Positions 20,580 to 29,693 of a DNA stretch of 64,000 bases are shown here, piece by piece. A program made the translations under genes and the position numbers. The number at the start of each line of letters is the position of its first letter. Position 1 is the stretch's first letter. Under the pieces are notes generated by a model. That model was not told where the DNA came from. It did not search any database and worked only from the letters and a program-made list of their open reading frames with translations. Source of the stretch: an uncultured delta proteobacterium (GTDB lineage: Bacteria > Myxococcota > Myxococcia > Myxococcales > Anaeromyxobacteraceae); the NCBI GenBank assembly GCA_963814585.1, contig CAWFDF010000016.1:32001-96000 (forward strand), given 5' to 3'.

Positions 20580-21695
20580 ATGATGCTCAGGACGCTGGTG
20601 GTCATGGTGCTGCTGGTGGCTACGACGGCCCGCGCCCAGGAGGGTGCGGCGAGCCCGCCGAAGCCGGAGGCGCCCAGGAAGACGCGGATCGCGGTGCTGG
20701 ACGTGCAGTACGCCGGCGCCGGCGACCGCAAGACGGTGGAGGGGCTCTCGGCGCTGCTGGCCTCCGAGGTGGCCCGCCGGCCCAACCTGGCGGTGCTGGC
20801 CGGCGCGGACCTGCGGGCGCTGGTTGGCTTCGAGCGGCAGAAGCAGCTGCTGGGGTGCACCGAGAGCGCCTGCATCGCCGAGCTGGCGGGGGCGCTCGGC
20901 GTGGCCTACCTGGTCTCCAGCGAGGTCTCCAAGGTGGGGACCACCTGGCTGCTGAGCCTGACGCTGCTCGACGCCGGCAAGGCCCAGGCGCTGAACCGGC
21001 TGACCCGCAAGGCCTACTCCGACGACCAGCTCGTCGAGGAGACCTCCACCGCCGTGGACGAGCTGCTGAAGGCGCTGCCCGCGGCCGGCGCGCCGCTCCC
21101 GCCCTCCGCCCAGGCGCCCCGCGCCGAGCCGGCCCCGGCGACCCAGGCGCCCGGACAGGTCCCGCCCGGCTTCCACCGGCACGACGGCTTCTTCCTGCGC
21201 CTCCACCTCGGCGTCGGCGGGCTCAAGAGCAGCAGCGACACGCTGGACTTCTCGGGAACCTCGGGGAGCTTCGCGGTCGCGGCCGGCCTCTCCATCATCG
21301 ACAACCTGGTGCTCTACGGCGAGATCTTCGACGACGTGGCCACCAGCCCCGAGGTGAAGTTCAACGGGCAGCCGGTCACGGCCAGCGGCTCGGTCACGCA
21401 CGCCCTCATCGGCTACGGGGTCGGCCTGGCCTACTACTTCGTGCCCTTCAACGGGTACATCGGCCTCACCGCCGGCGTCGGCGGCCTCAGCCTCGAGGCG
21501 GACGGCCAGACCTACAGCACCGAGAACGGCCCGGTGATCCGCCTCAGCGTGGGCAAGGAGTGGTGGGTCTCGACCGACTGGGGCATCGGCGTGGCCCTCA
21601 ACCTGGTGAAGGGCAGCGCCAAGGACTCGCCGCCCGGCACCGAGACCTTCAGCAGCACCTCCTGGAGCGTCGCCTTCTCGGCGACCTACAACTGA
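20580..21695 (+). CDS. Secreted protein: CsgG/TolB-N-like domain, Pro-rich linker and C-terminal beta-barrel
   Basis: RIAVLD..., GCTESACIAELAGALG, HRHDGFFLRL, terminal FSATYN. Confidence 0.6.
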   Translation: MMLRTLVVMVLLVATTARAQEGAASPPKPEAPRKTRIAVLDVQYAGAGDRKTVEGLSALLASEVARRPNLAVLAGADLRALVGFERQKQLLGCTESACIAELAGALGVAYLVSSEVSKVGTTWLLSLTLLDAGKAQALNRLTRKAYSDDQLVEETSTAVDELLKALPAAGAPLPPSAQAPRAEPAPATQAPGQVPPGFHRHDGFFLRLHLGVGGLKSSSDTLDFSGTSGSFAVAAGLSIIDNLVLYGEIFDDVATSPEVKFNGQPVTASGSVTHALIGYGVGLAYYFVPFNGYIGLTAGVGGLSLEADGQTYSTENGPVIRLSVGKEWWVSTDWGIGVALNLVKGSAKDSPPGTETFSSTSWSVAFSATYN

Positions 21696-21756
21696 CGGTG
21701 CCGCCCGGGCCGGGGCACGGGCCCGGGCGGTGAGCCGGCGCGCCGGCTGGAGCCTA

Positions 21757-21929
21757 GTGCGTGCCGGCAAGATGCCTACTGCGAGAGCCAATCCTCTCGC
21801 TGCGGCAGGCGGCCTCGTCGGTCCGCTGCTCAGTGTAGCGCTGCTACGCTTCCGCTGCTCCCTCCTCGGGCGCCAGCCTCGCTTCGGTCTCGGCTCTCTC
21901 GTCACGTCATCTTGCCTGGGGCGCGGCAC
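21757..21929 (+). repeat. Dispersed TIR repeat, copy 2 (left end degenerate)
   Basis: GGCAAGATGCCTACTGCGAGAG...CATCTTGCCTGGGGCGCGGCAC, collinear with copy 1; sits between convergent genes. Confidence 0.9.
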
Positions 21930-21946
21930 TCGCGGCCCGGGGGCTC

Positions 21947-22504
21947 TCAGGGCCCGGCGCAGCCGAAGGCCCGGTTGGAGCGCCGCGCCGCCGCCAGCTT
22001 CGCCTCGCTGGCCACGTCCTCGCGCGCGGCGGCCAGCGCCCGCGGCCAGTCGATCACCTCGCCGCCGTGGTCGCGGACGAAGGCGGCGGCCGCCTCCGGC
22101 GTGGCGAAGGCCCACTTCGGCCGCGCTGCCATGACGGCGCGCTTGCGCCCGCCCATGACCCAGGTGGCGGTGGTGCTCTCGAGGAGCTGGTGGGTGTCGC
22201 GGTCGGCCACCAGCAGCTCCTTCACCGCCTTGCCAGGGTGGGCGTCGAGCTCGGTGACGGCGCAGTGCAGGCTGCAGGTGCCCACCTCGCTGCCGTCCTG
22301 GTAGCGGACCAGGGCCCGGCTGAACCCGTAGGCCTTCCGGTCCATGCCGCAGTAGCTGCACTCACGGTGAAGAGGGACGTCCTCCTGGCCGGCGGCCAGC
22401 GCCCCGGCGGCGGCCAGCGCCCCGGCCAGCACCAGCCAGGCGCGGGGCCGCCGGATCGGCGCCCGCCCGGCGGCCTGCGGGCCACGGCGCGGCGGGGCGC
22501 TCAC
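21947..22504 (-). CDS. NosL-family copper chaperone-like protein
   Basis: CSYCGM, CSLHC, VMAARPKWAF..AAAFVRDHGG. Confidence 0.8.
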   Translation of the reverse strand: MSAPPRRGPQAAGRAPIRRPRAWLVLAGALAAAGALAAGQEDVPLHRECSYCGMDRKAYGFSRALVRYQDGSEVGTCSLHCAVTELDAHPGKAVKELLVADRDTHQLLESTTATWVMGGRKRAVMAARPKWAFATPEAAAAFVRDHGGEVIDWPRALAAAREDVASEAKLAAARRSNRAFGCAGP

Positions 22505-23055
22505 GGCAGGGCCTCCAGGACGGACTGGAGCTTGCTCCGCGTGTACTCGCCGTTCATGCGGACCACGTGGTCCCGGTCCACCACCACCACCGCCATGCCC
22601 GCCTGGTAGAAGCGCTCGACGGGGGCGCCCACGTCGGCCAGCACGGTGAAGCGGGTGGTGCCCCAGCCCGAGGCGGCCTGCGCCGAGCCGGCCGCGTCGA
22701 CGCTGCCGGAGACGTAGTCGAGCGCGAGGAAGGGGACGTCGGGGAAGGCGGGCATGACGTAGCCCTGCATGTCGCTCATGTGGCTGTCGCAGATGGGACA
22801 CCACATGGTGAAGTAGAGGACCGCGCCGCGCGCCGAGCCGAGCGTGGCGTACAGCGAGACCGTGCCCCCGGAGACGTTCGCCAGCGTGAAGTCGGGCGCG
22901 AGCTGGCCGACGGCGGGGCCGACCGTCCCCGGCACCACGGCGGGCCGCTCGTCGGCGCCAGAGGGAAAGAGATCGTCGCCCACGCCGCCGCAGCCGGCCA
23001 GGAAGAGCAGGAGGCCGAGCAGCGGCGCCCCGATGCGGCGCTCAGCGCAGCACAT
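22501..23055 (-). CDS. Redoxin/TlpA-like thioredoxin-fold lipoprotein
   Basis: Lipobox LAGC, APDFTL, WCPIC. Confidence 0.8.
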   Translation of the reverse strand: MCCAERRIGAPLLGLLLFLAGCGGVGDDLFPSGADERPAVVPGTVGPAVGQLAPDFTLANVSGGTVSLYATLGSARGAVLYFTMWCPICDSHMSDMQGYVMPAFPDVPFLALDYVSGSVDAAGSAQAASGWGTTRFTVLADVGAPVERFYQAGMAVVVVDRDHVVRMNGEYTRSKLQSVLEALP

Positions 23056-24010
23056 ATCGAGCCCCCAGCGTGACGATGTCGGTGGTCGGGAAGTTCCGCC
23101 CCCAGCCGTTCGCCTGGATGGCGTGGGACCAGGCCAGGCGCGCCGACCAGTCCTCGTCGGTGCCGGCCCAGGTGAGCGTGCCGGTGACGGCCGACTTCTC
23201 CATGCCGCTCGACGGATCCGGCGCGCCGGCGATGGTGCCCGGGTCCTCCCTGAGCCAGGAGATGGCGCCGCTCAGCGCCAGCGAGGTGCCGCCGGTCCCC
23301 AGGAAGGTCCGGTAGCCGAGCGAGCCGCTGGCCAGGGCGCGGTTCCCCAGCCGCTTGCGGTAGGGTTCGACCCAGTTCCCGTAGAAGCGGTTGACGGGCC
23401 GCTCCAGGTAGAGGCCGTAGGCCAGCGAGGCCGAGCCGCTCCAGGCGCGGTAGCTCTTGTCGAGCATGACCGTGGCGTCGAGCCGGTAGAAGCCGCGGCC
23501 GGTCACGTCGAAGCTGCTGGCCACGTCGTCGTAGGGCGAGAGGCCGGTGGGGACGGTGAGGGTGGGGCCGATGGTGACCGACGGGATCAGGTCGCCGGCC
23601 GTGGCGGCCCGCCAGGCCGATCGCTCGGTCCAGGCCTCCCACCAGAGGCTCAGCGACGAGTCGCCGAGCCCACGCGTCTTCGAGGCCTGCCCCGAGTAGA
23701 CGTTGCTGTTCCAGACATACGGGACGGTGACCGCGGCCTGCCAGGGGCCCGAGAGCCGCCAGGCGCCGGTGAGGTTGAGCCGGCCCTGGAAGAGGCGCGA
23801 GCCGGGCGGATCCGGCCGGTGGACGCGGCCGGTGTCCCAGTAGCCGTCGTACTTCTCCAGGTCGAGCGACAGGTCGAGCAGGGCCCGCTCCCCCCGCGGC
23901 AGGACGCTGGCGCCGCCGCCGCCGCCACCGCAGCAGGACGCGGCCCGGGCCTGGCCGGGGACCGCCAGCGCCAGGAAGAACCCAAGGACCGCTCCCCACC
24001 TCGTGACCAC
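23042..24010 (-). CDS. Outer-membrane transporter-like beta-barrel with N-terminal Cys-Cys motif
   Basis: Signal peptide, mature N-terminus ASCCGGGG, GLGDSSL, PTG, terminal GARYVLR; start approximate. Confidence 0.6.
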   Translation of the reverse strand: MVTRWGAVLGFFLALAVPGQARAASCCGGGGGGASVLPRGERALLDLSLDLEKYDGYWDTGRVHRPDPPGSRLFQGRLNLTGAWRLSGPWQAAVTVPYVWNSNVYSGQASKTRGLGDSSLSLWWEAWTERSAWRAATAGDLIPSVTIGPTLTVPTGLSPYDDVASSFDVTGRGFYRLDATVMLDKSYRAWSGSASLAYGLYLERPVNRFYGNWVEPYRKRLGNRALASGSLGYRTFLGTGGTSLALSGAISWLREDPGTIAGAPDPSSGMEKSAVTGTLTWAGTDEDWSARLAWSHAIQANGWGRNFPTTDIVTLGARYVLR

Positions 24011-24212
24011 GCAGCTCCCTCTCGCAGCGGCCGATGCGGCCACGTGTCGCACCACGCGCCGCCTCCCGCGACCGGCCGGACTCGCCCACCGGTGAGCCTA
24101 GGCCTCCCTGGGCCCGGGGCGCTGCGTCCAGTTGTCACAAACATCGGTAAGAGAAGGCTTTCGGGTGCCCGACCTTGATAAGGCCAGGGCTTCTCCTGGG
24201 AGGGACCCGACC

Positions 24213-25091
24213 ATGAAGACCACCACCCGCGCCGCGCTCGGCGCCGCCTCGGCGCTGCTGCTCTCGCTGGCCGCCTGCGAATCCACCACCACGGAGTACG
24301 TGACGGTCACGGCCCCGGCCAGCACCTACCTGGTCGAGTACATCCCGGGGATGATGGACTCGGTGGTGGGCAAGTCCACCTTCAAGCTCCGCGTCCGCAC
24401 CCGGGCCGACTCGCTGCCGGCCACCGGCCTGGCCATCTCGCTGAAGCCGGTGATGTACATGCCGACCATGACCCACGGCGCGCCGGCCGACGTGGTCACC
24501 GAGTCGGCCACGCCGGGCACCTACGACTGCGCCGTCTACTACCTGATGATGTCCGGGGGCGGCATGGGGTACTGGGAGGTCACCGCCACCATCGGAGCCG
24601 AGAAGGCGGTCTTCGACCCATCGGTGGGCATGGCCATGGGGCCGATGGGCGAGTCGGTCCGCGTCAACCTCTGGGGTCCGACCGACGTCGGCATGGGCGG
24701 GATGGGCACCAACAAGTACTTCCTCTTCCTCGACGGGCCGCTGACCGCCGCGGCTGGGTCGCTGAAGCTCCACGTCTCGCGCAGCGAGAACATGATGATG
24801 GACTTCAAGCCGGTCTACGTCGGCGCGACCCTGGCGGCGCCGACCGGCGCCGTGACCAGCGTCACGCTGGCCGCCTACGCCACCACCGACACCGCCTTCA
24901 CCACCCCGCTCCCCGCGGTGCACTCGGCCAACGGCCACTGGACCATCGACCTCTCGTCGCTCGGCCTGATGGCGGGGACCCAGGCCACCGTCAACCTGAA
25001 GCTCAAGGTCAACGGCGAGGACAAGACCACCGACGGGCTGGTAGTCTCCGCCACCAACGCGTCGATCCCCTTCAAGGCGACGCCCCAGTAG
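24213..25091 (+). CDS. Met-rich lipoprotein with YtkA/FixH-like domain (putative Cu-binding)
   Basis: Lipobox LAAC; PVMYMPTMTHG, YYLMMSG..W; 17 internal Met. Confidence 0.65.
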   Translation: MKTTTRAALGAASALLLSLAACESTTTEYVTVTAPASTYLVEYIPGMMDSVVGKSTFKLRVRTRADSLPATGLAISLKPVMYMPTMTHGAPADVVTESATPGTYDCAVYYLMMSGGGMGYWEVTATIGAEKAVFDPSVGMAMGPMGESVRVNLWGPTDVGMGGMGTNKYFLFLDGPLTAAAGSLKLHVSRSENMMMDFKPVYVGATLAAPTGAVTSVTLAAYATTDTAFTTPLPAVHSANGHWTIDLSSLGLMAGTQATVNLKLKVNGEDKTTDGLVVSATNASIPFKATPQ

Positions 25092-25122
25092 CTGGAGCCA
25101 GGCCGGGCACGAGGAGCGGGCG

Positions 25123-25587
25123 ATGTGGTTGGCGAGGTCTCTGCTGACGATCGCCCTGCTCCTCGCCGGCCCCGAGCAGGTCAAGCCGCTGCCCGGAGAG
25201 AAGTGCCCGGTCTGCGGAATGTTCGTCGCCCGCTACCCGGACTGGGTGGCCGGGGTGCGCTTCGCCGACGGGAGCCGGGTGCTCTTCGACGGCGCCAAGG
25301 ACCTCTTCAAGTTCCTGTTGCGCTACGAGGACTACGGCCCGGCGGCGCGGCGCACCGACGTCGCGGAGATCTTCGTCACCGACTACTACACGCTCAAGCC
25401 GGCGGAGGCCCGCGCCGCCTGGTACGTCACCGGGGCCGACGTGCTCGGCCCCATGGGCGACGAGCTGGTCCCCTTCGCCCGCCGCCAGGACGCCGAGGAG
25501 TTCCAGCGCGACCACCACGGCCGGCGGCTGCTGAGGTTCGACGAGATCACCCACGACCTGCTCAAGGCCCTGGACGGCGAGCGGTGA
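25123..25587 (+). CDS. NosL-family protein
   Basis: CPVCGM, FDGAKD, VTDYY, GPMG..LVPF. Confidence 0.88.
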   Translation: MWLARSLLTIALLLAGPEQVKPLPGEKCPVCGMFVARYPDWVAGVRFADGSRVLFDGAKDLFKFLLRYEDYGPAARRTDVAEIFVTDYYTLKPAEARAAWYVTGADVLGPMGDELVPFARRQDAEEFQRDHHGRRLLRFDEITHDLLKALDGER

Positions 25588-25657
25588 CGGCGCCCGCCAC
25601 ATGGCCAGGGGCCGGCGGAGTCCGCCGCCGCGGGGCACCGCCCACCCGGAGGGCGCC

Positions 25658-25939
25658 GTGAGGCCCTCCGACCGGCTGCTGGTCGCCGTGGTGCTGGCCG
25701 GCCTGGCGCTGCAGGCCTGCTGGCTCCACGCCCTGGGACGCCAGCGCGAGCGCGGCGGCCACGCCGCGGCGACGGCCATGGTCCGCCGGCTCGGGCTCAC
25801 CGATCTCGCCCTCTTCACCGAGGCTCGCTACACCCGCCACCCGACCCAGGCCGACCGCTTCGCGCCGTTCCAGGACCACCCCGGGGCGCTCGAGCACTTC
25901 CCCTCCGGCTCGGTGGTCGCGCCTCCGCCAGCGCCATGA
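25658..25939 (+). CDS. Small membrane-anchored hypothetical protein
   Basis: RBS GGAGG plus GTG; TM, LTDLALFTEARYTRHP; ATGA overlap with the permease. Confidence 0.6.
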   Translation: MRPSDRLLVAVVLAGLALQACWLHALGRQRERGGHAAATAMVRRLGLTDLALFTEARYTRHPTQADRFAPFQDHPGALEHFPSGSVVAPPPAP

Positions 25940-27075
25940 CCGCTCGCGCCTGGCTGGAGCGTCAGCGCTCGCTCATCGACTACACGCTGGCCTCGCTGGG
26001 CCGGCGGCGTGCCAAGAACCTCTCGCTGGTGCTGGTCTACGGCCTGACGGTCTTCGCCGTGGCCTCGACGCTCTTCCTCACCGAGGCCCTGCGCGCCGAG
26101 GCGGCCGCGGTGCTGAGCGGCGCGCCCGACGTGGTGGTGCAGCGGCTCGCCGCCGGGCGCCATGACCTCATCGCGGCGGCCGAGGTGGAGAAGCTGGCGG
26201 GCATCCGTGGCGTGGAGCGCGCGGTGGGCCGGAGGTGGGGCTACCTGCACCGCTCGGTGAGCCAGGCCAACCTCACGGTGATGGTGCCGGAGCGCTTCTG
26301 GGGAGCCGACGGTGAGGTGGTGGTCGGCGAGGGCGTGGCCCGGGTCGAGCAGCTGCGGCCAGGGGCCAGCATGCGGCTCACCGCCTCGAGCGGCGAGGGG
26401 CTCGACCTCACCGTCCGTGAGATCATCCCGGCGGAGACCGCGCTCGTCACCACCGACCTGGTGCTGGTCTCCGAGGCCACCTTCCTGAGGCTCTTCGAGG
26501 CCGATCCGGCCCGCTTCACCGACATCGCCCTCACCGTCCCCAACGCCAGGGAGATCCCCAAGGTGGCGGAGAAGGTGCTGCGCCTGGTGCCCGGCTCCCG
26601 GGCCATCACCCGCCCGGAGATGCTGCGGACCTACCAGTCGATCTTCGACTGGCGCAGCGGCCTGGTCACCGTGGTGCTCTCCACCGCCATCCTGGCCTTC
26701 GCGCTGGTGGCCTGGGACAAGGCGGCCGGCCTCTCGGCCGAGGAGCGGCGGGAGATCGGCATCCTCAAGGCCATCGGCTGGGACGTCTCGGACGTGCTGC
26801 TGGTGAAGGCCTGGGAGGGGGCGGTGGTGTCGGCGGCGGCCTTCACCGGGGGCGTGGTGGCCGCCTACCTCCACGTCTTCGTGGGCTCGGCGGCGCTGTT
26901 CGCGCCGGTCCTGGAGGGCTGGTCGGTGCTGACGCCGCGGCTCCACCTCACCCCGGCCCCGGGCGGCCTGCAGCTGGCGACGCTCTTCTTCCTCACCGTG
27001 GTGCCCTACACGGCCGCCACCGTGGTGCCGGCCTGGCGGTCGGCCACCACCGACCCCGACGCGGTGATGCGGTGA
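25936..27075 (+). CDS. ABC transporter permease, FtsX/LolE-like
   Basis: ERREIGILKAIGW motif; four TM with large periplasmic loop. Confidence 0.88.
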   Translation: MTARAWLERQRSLIDYTLASLGRRRAKNLSLVLVYGLTVFAVASTLFLTEALRAEAAAVLSGAPDVVVQRLAAGRHDLIAAAEVEKLAGIRGVERAVGRRWGYLHRSVSQANLTVMVPERFWGADGEVVVGEGVARVEQLRPGASMRLTASSGEGLDLTVREIIPAETALVTTDLVLVSEATFLRLFEADPARFTDIALTVPNAREIPKVAEKVLRLVPGSRAITRPEMLRTYQSIFDWRSGLVTVVLSTAILAFALVAWDKAAGLSAEERREIGILKAIGWDVSDVLLVKAWEGAVVSAAAFTGGVVAAYLHVFVGSAALFAPVLEGWSVLTPRLHLTPAPGGLQLATLFFLTVVPYTAATVVPAWRSATTDPDAVMR

Positions 27076-27761
27076 GGGCGCTCATCGAGGCGCGGGCGCT
27101 GCGCCGGGTCTTCCACCAGGGCCGCCCGGACGAGCTCGAGGCGGTCAAGGGCGTCGACCTCTCGGTCGAGGCGGGCCGGATCACCGTGCTGCGCGGGCCG
27201 AGCGGCTCGGGAAAGACCAGCCTGCTGGCCCTGCTCGGCGCCATGGCCCGGCCGACCTCTGGCCGCATCTTCCTGGAGGATCGCGAGCTGACCAGCCTGC
27301 CGGAGCGCTTCCTCACCGAGGTGCGCCGGCGCACCTTCGGGTTCGTCTTCCAGCAGCCCCACCTGGTGCGCGGGCTGTCGGCCCGGGACAACGTCATGCT
27401 CCCGGCCTTCCCGCTGGGAGGCCCGCGCCAGGCCCTGGAGCGGCGGGCCGCCGCGCTGCTCGAGCAGCTCGGCGTGGCGCACCGGGCCTCGGCGCGGGCC
27501 GACTGGCTCTCGGGCGGCGAGGCCCAGCGGGTGGCCATCGCCCGCGCCCTGGTCAACGACCCGCGGGTGATCATCGCCGACGAGCCCACCGCCAACCTGG
27601 ACAGCGCCCTCTCGGCCGGCTTCATGGAGATCGCGGCGTCGCTGCGCGCGGCCGGGAAGACCCTGCTCCTCGCCAGCCACGACCCGCTGGTCTTCGAGGC
27701 CGGCGTGGTCGATCGGGTGGTGACGATGCGCGACGGGCGGATCGAGGCCGGGGCGCCATGA
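27072..27761 (+). CDS. ABC transporter ATP-binding protein, LolD-like
   Basis: GPSGSGKT, LSGGEAQR, IIADEPT, SHD. Confidence 0.93.
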   Translation: MRALIEARALRRVFHQGRPDELEAVKGVDLSVEAGRITVLRGPSGSGKTSLLALLGAMARPTSGRIFLEDRELTSLPERFLTEVRRRTFGFVFQQPHLVRGLSARDNVMLPAFPLGGPRQALERRAAALLEQLGVAHRASARADWLSGGEAQRVAIARALVNDPRVIIADEPTANLDSALSAGFMEIAASLRAAGKTLLLASHDPLVFEAGVVDRVVTMRDGRIEAGAP

Positions 27762-28750
27762 TTCTCAACCCGGCGGTCATCGCCCTGGCCGGTGGCGCCG
27801 TGGTGGCGGCGGTGCTGGTGGGCGGCGCGGCCGCGCAGGGCGTCGGCATCCTCCAGTCCTGGGACCTGCGGAGCGGCTCGGAGCGCCAGCTCCTGCTGGA
27901 GCGGCGCACCGCCCTGATCTCGACGCTGGTCGGCCACGCCCTGGCCTTCCAGGTGCTGTCCCTGTTCCTGTTCGTCTTCACCGCCGACGCGCTGGCCCCG
28001 CAGTTCACCGGGGCCATGTGCGCGGCCGGGTCGCTGGCCGCCGATCCCCACGGCTACCCGGCGCTGCTGCTCATGCTGGCGGCGGCGGTGGCGGCCGGGC
28101 TCTGGCTGATCCTGGACCACGCCGACGGCCTGGGCCACGACTACCCGCTCCTCCGCGTGAAGTACGCGCTGCTGCTCCTGGTGGCGCCGCTCCTGGTGGC
28201 GGCCGCGGCCTGGGAGGTGGCCTGGTTCCGCGGCCTCCAGCCCGAGGTCATCACCTCCTGCTGCGGCAGCCTCTTCAGCCGGGCCGGCCGGGGCGCCGGC
28301 GCCGGGCTGGCGGCCCTGCCGCCCGGGCTGGCCGCCGGGCTGCTCGTCACGACGGTGGGCGGCGCGGTGGCGGCCGCGCTGCACTTCCTCCGGCGCGGCC
28401 GCGGCGCGGTAGCGCTGGCGGTGCTCTCCGCCGCGGCGCTTCCGGCGGCGCTGGCGGGCGTGATCGCCTTCGTCTCCCCGTACGTGTACGAGCTGCCCAC
28501 CCACCACTGCCCGTTCTGCCTGCTGCAGCGCGAGTACCACGGGATCGGCTACCCGCTCTACGCGTCGCTGCTGGGCGGCACCGTGGCGGGCATGGGCGCG
28601 GGGCTGCTGGCCCCGTTCCGCCGCATCGCCAGCCTGGCGGCGCCGCTGCCCACCCTGCAGCGCAGGCTGGCCGGCCTCTCGGCGGCGTTGCTCGGCCTCT
28701 TCGCGGCGCTGGTGCTGTGGGCGGTGCTCACCTCCAACCTGCGAGCCTGA
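27758..28750 (+). CDS. Polytopic membrane protein with Cys/His motifs
   Basis: About eight TM; GAMCAAG, ITSCCG, PTHHCPFC. Confidence 0.7.
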   Translation: MILNPAVIALAGGAVVAAVLVGGAAAQGVGILQSWDLRSGSERQLLLERRTALISTLVGHALAFQVLSLFLFVFTADALAPQFTGAMCAAGSLAADPHGYPALLLMLAAAVAAGLWLILDHADGLGHDYPLLRVKYALLLLVAPLLVAAAAWEVAWFRGLQPEVITSCCGSLFSRAGRGAGAGLAALPPGLAAGLLVTTVGGAVAAALHFLRRGRGAVALAVLSAAALPAALAGVIAFVSPYVYELPTHHCPFCLLQREYHGIGYPLYASLLGGTVAGMGAGLLAPFRRIASLAAPLPTLQRRLAGLSAALLGLFAALVLWAVLTSNLRA

Positions 28751-28952
28751 GCTGGCAGGGCCGGGCGGAAAGGCCGGGCCAGGCGCCTGCGCGGCCCCGA
28801 CCCGTCCGGGTCTGCCGGGTCCCCTGCCCACGGGGCGTGGCGACGGCTGGCCCGGCCGCCATGGAGTGGAGTAACATCGACGCGCCGTCGAAGTCCCCGC
28901 CGTCGAGGTCTTCGTCAACGTGTCGCAGGGCTGGAAGGGAACCGCTCCTCGG

Positions 28953-29435
28953 ATGCTTGGCCTGGCTCACGGGATCGCCAGTCGGCTCGCCGCCGCCGCG
29001 GTGGCGCTGGCCCTGTCCGGCGCGCCGCAGCTCATCGAGCCGCCGGAGCACGCCAGGGGCCATCGCTGCCAGTGCCCGGTGCGCAACGGCCACCACGACT
29101 GCGACTGCCCGCTCTGCCACGCCGAGGCGGCCCGGATCGGCAAGTCCTCGGAGATCGATCCCAACCTGCCCGCCTGCCACCGGGCGCTGGCGGCCAGGGC
29201 CCGCGCCGACGCCGACCAGTCGGCGAAGCGGAGGGCGGCCTCGGCGCCGTGCCTGACCTCCACCTGCGGCAGCTCGGACGAGCGGCTCCGCTCACCGTCG
29301 GCCGCCGACGGCTTCACCATCCCGCCGCCGTGGCAGCTCATCGTCCGGATGATCACCGCGGACGTGCCGGCGGCGCGCGATCTCGTGCTCTCCGCCCTCG
29401 GCGAGCCCGAGACCCCGCCCCCGAAGGGCGTCTAG
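28953..29435 (+). CDS. Secreted Cys/His-rich protein with C-terminal PETPPP (DUF2946/CutF-like features)
   Basis: Signal-like N-terminus; HRCQC..HHDCDCPLCH; ends GEPETPPPKGV. Confidence 0.55.
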   Translation: MLGLAHGIASRLAAAAVALALSGAPQLIEPPEHARGHRCQCPVRNGHHDCDCPLCHAEAARIGKSSEIDPNLPACHRALAARARADADQSAKRRAASAPCLTSTCGSSDERLRSPSAADGFTIPPPWQLIVRMITADVPAARDLVLSALGEPETPPPKGV

Positions 29436-29693
29436 CCCGCGATCGCGCCTCCTGAACGGCACCTGGGACGTCCGGCGACGGATGACCAGGCGTGGAGGCT
29501 TGCGAGCGCGGGCCCTGGACGATTCGGCCCCGGAACCCCGGGATCCGCCGCCTGCGGGCAGCGGGTTCACCGGCCGGTCCCGCCGGGATCCGTCCAGCGC
29601 CGAGGTCGCGCCCGTAGCGGTGTTCTCTCTCGAACTCGAGGGTGAGGCATGTCCACGAATTCCGATCGGCTCCTCCAGCGTGGAGGAGCCGCC

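Noticed and set aside
21947..28750. Nitrous oxide reductase (nos) operon
   Set aside because: No nosZ, nosD, nosR or nosB in the window, and the ABC pair is LolDE-like rather than NosFY-like.
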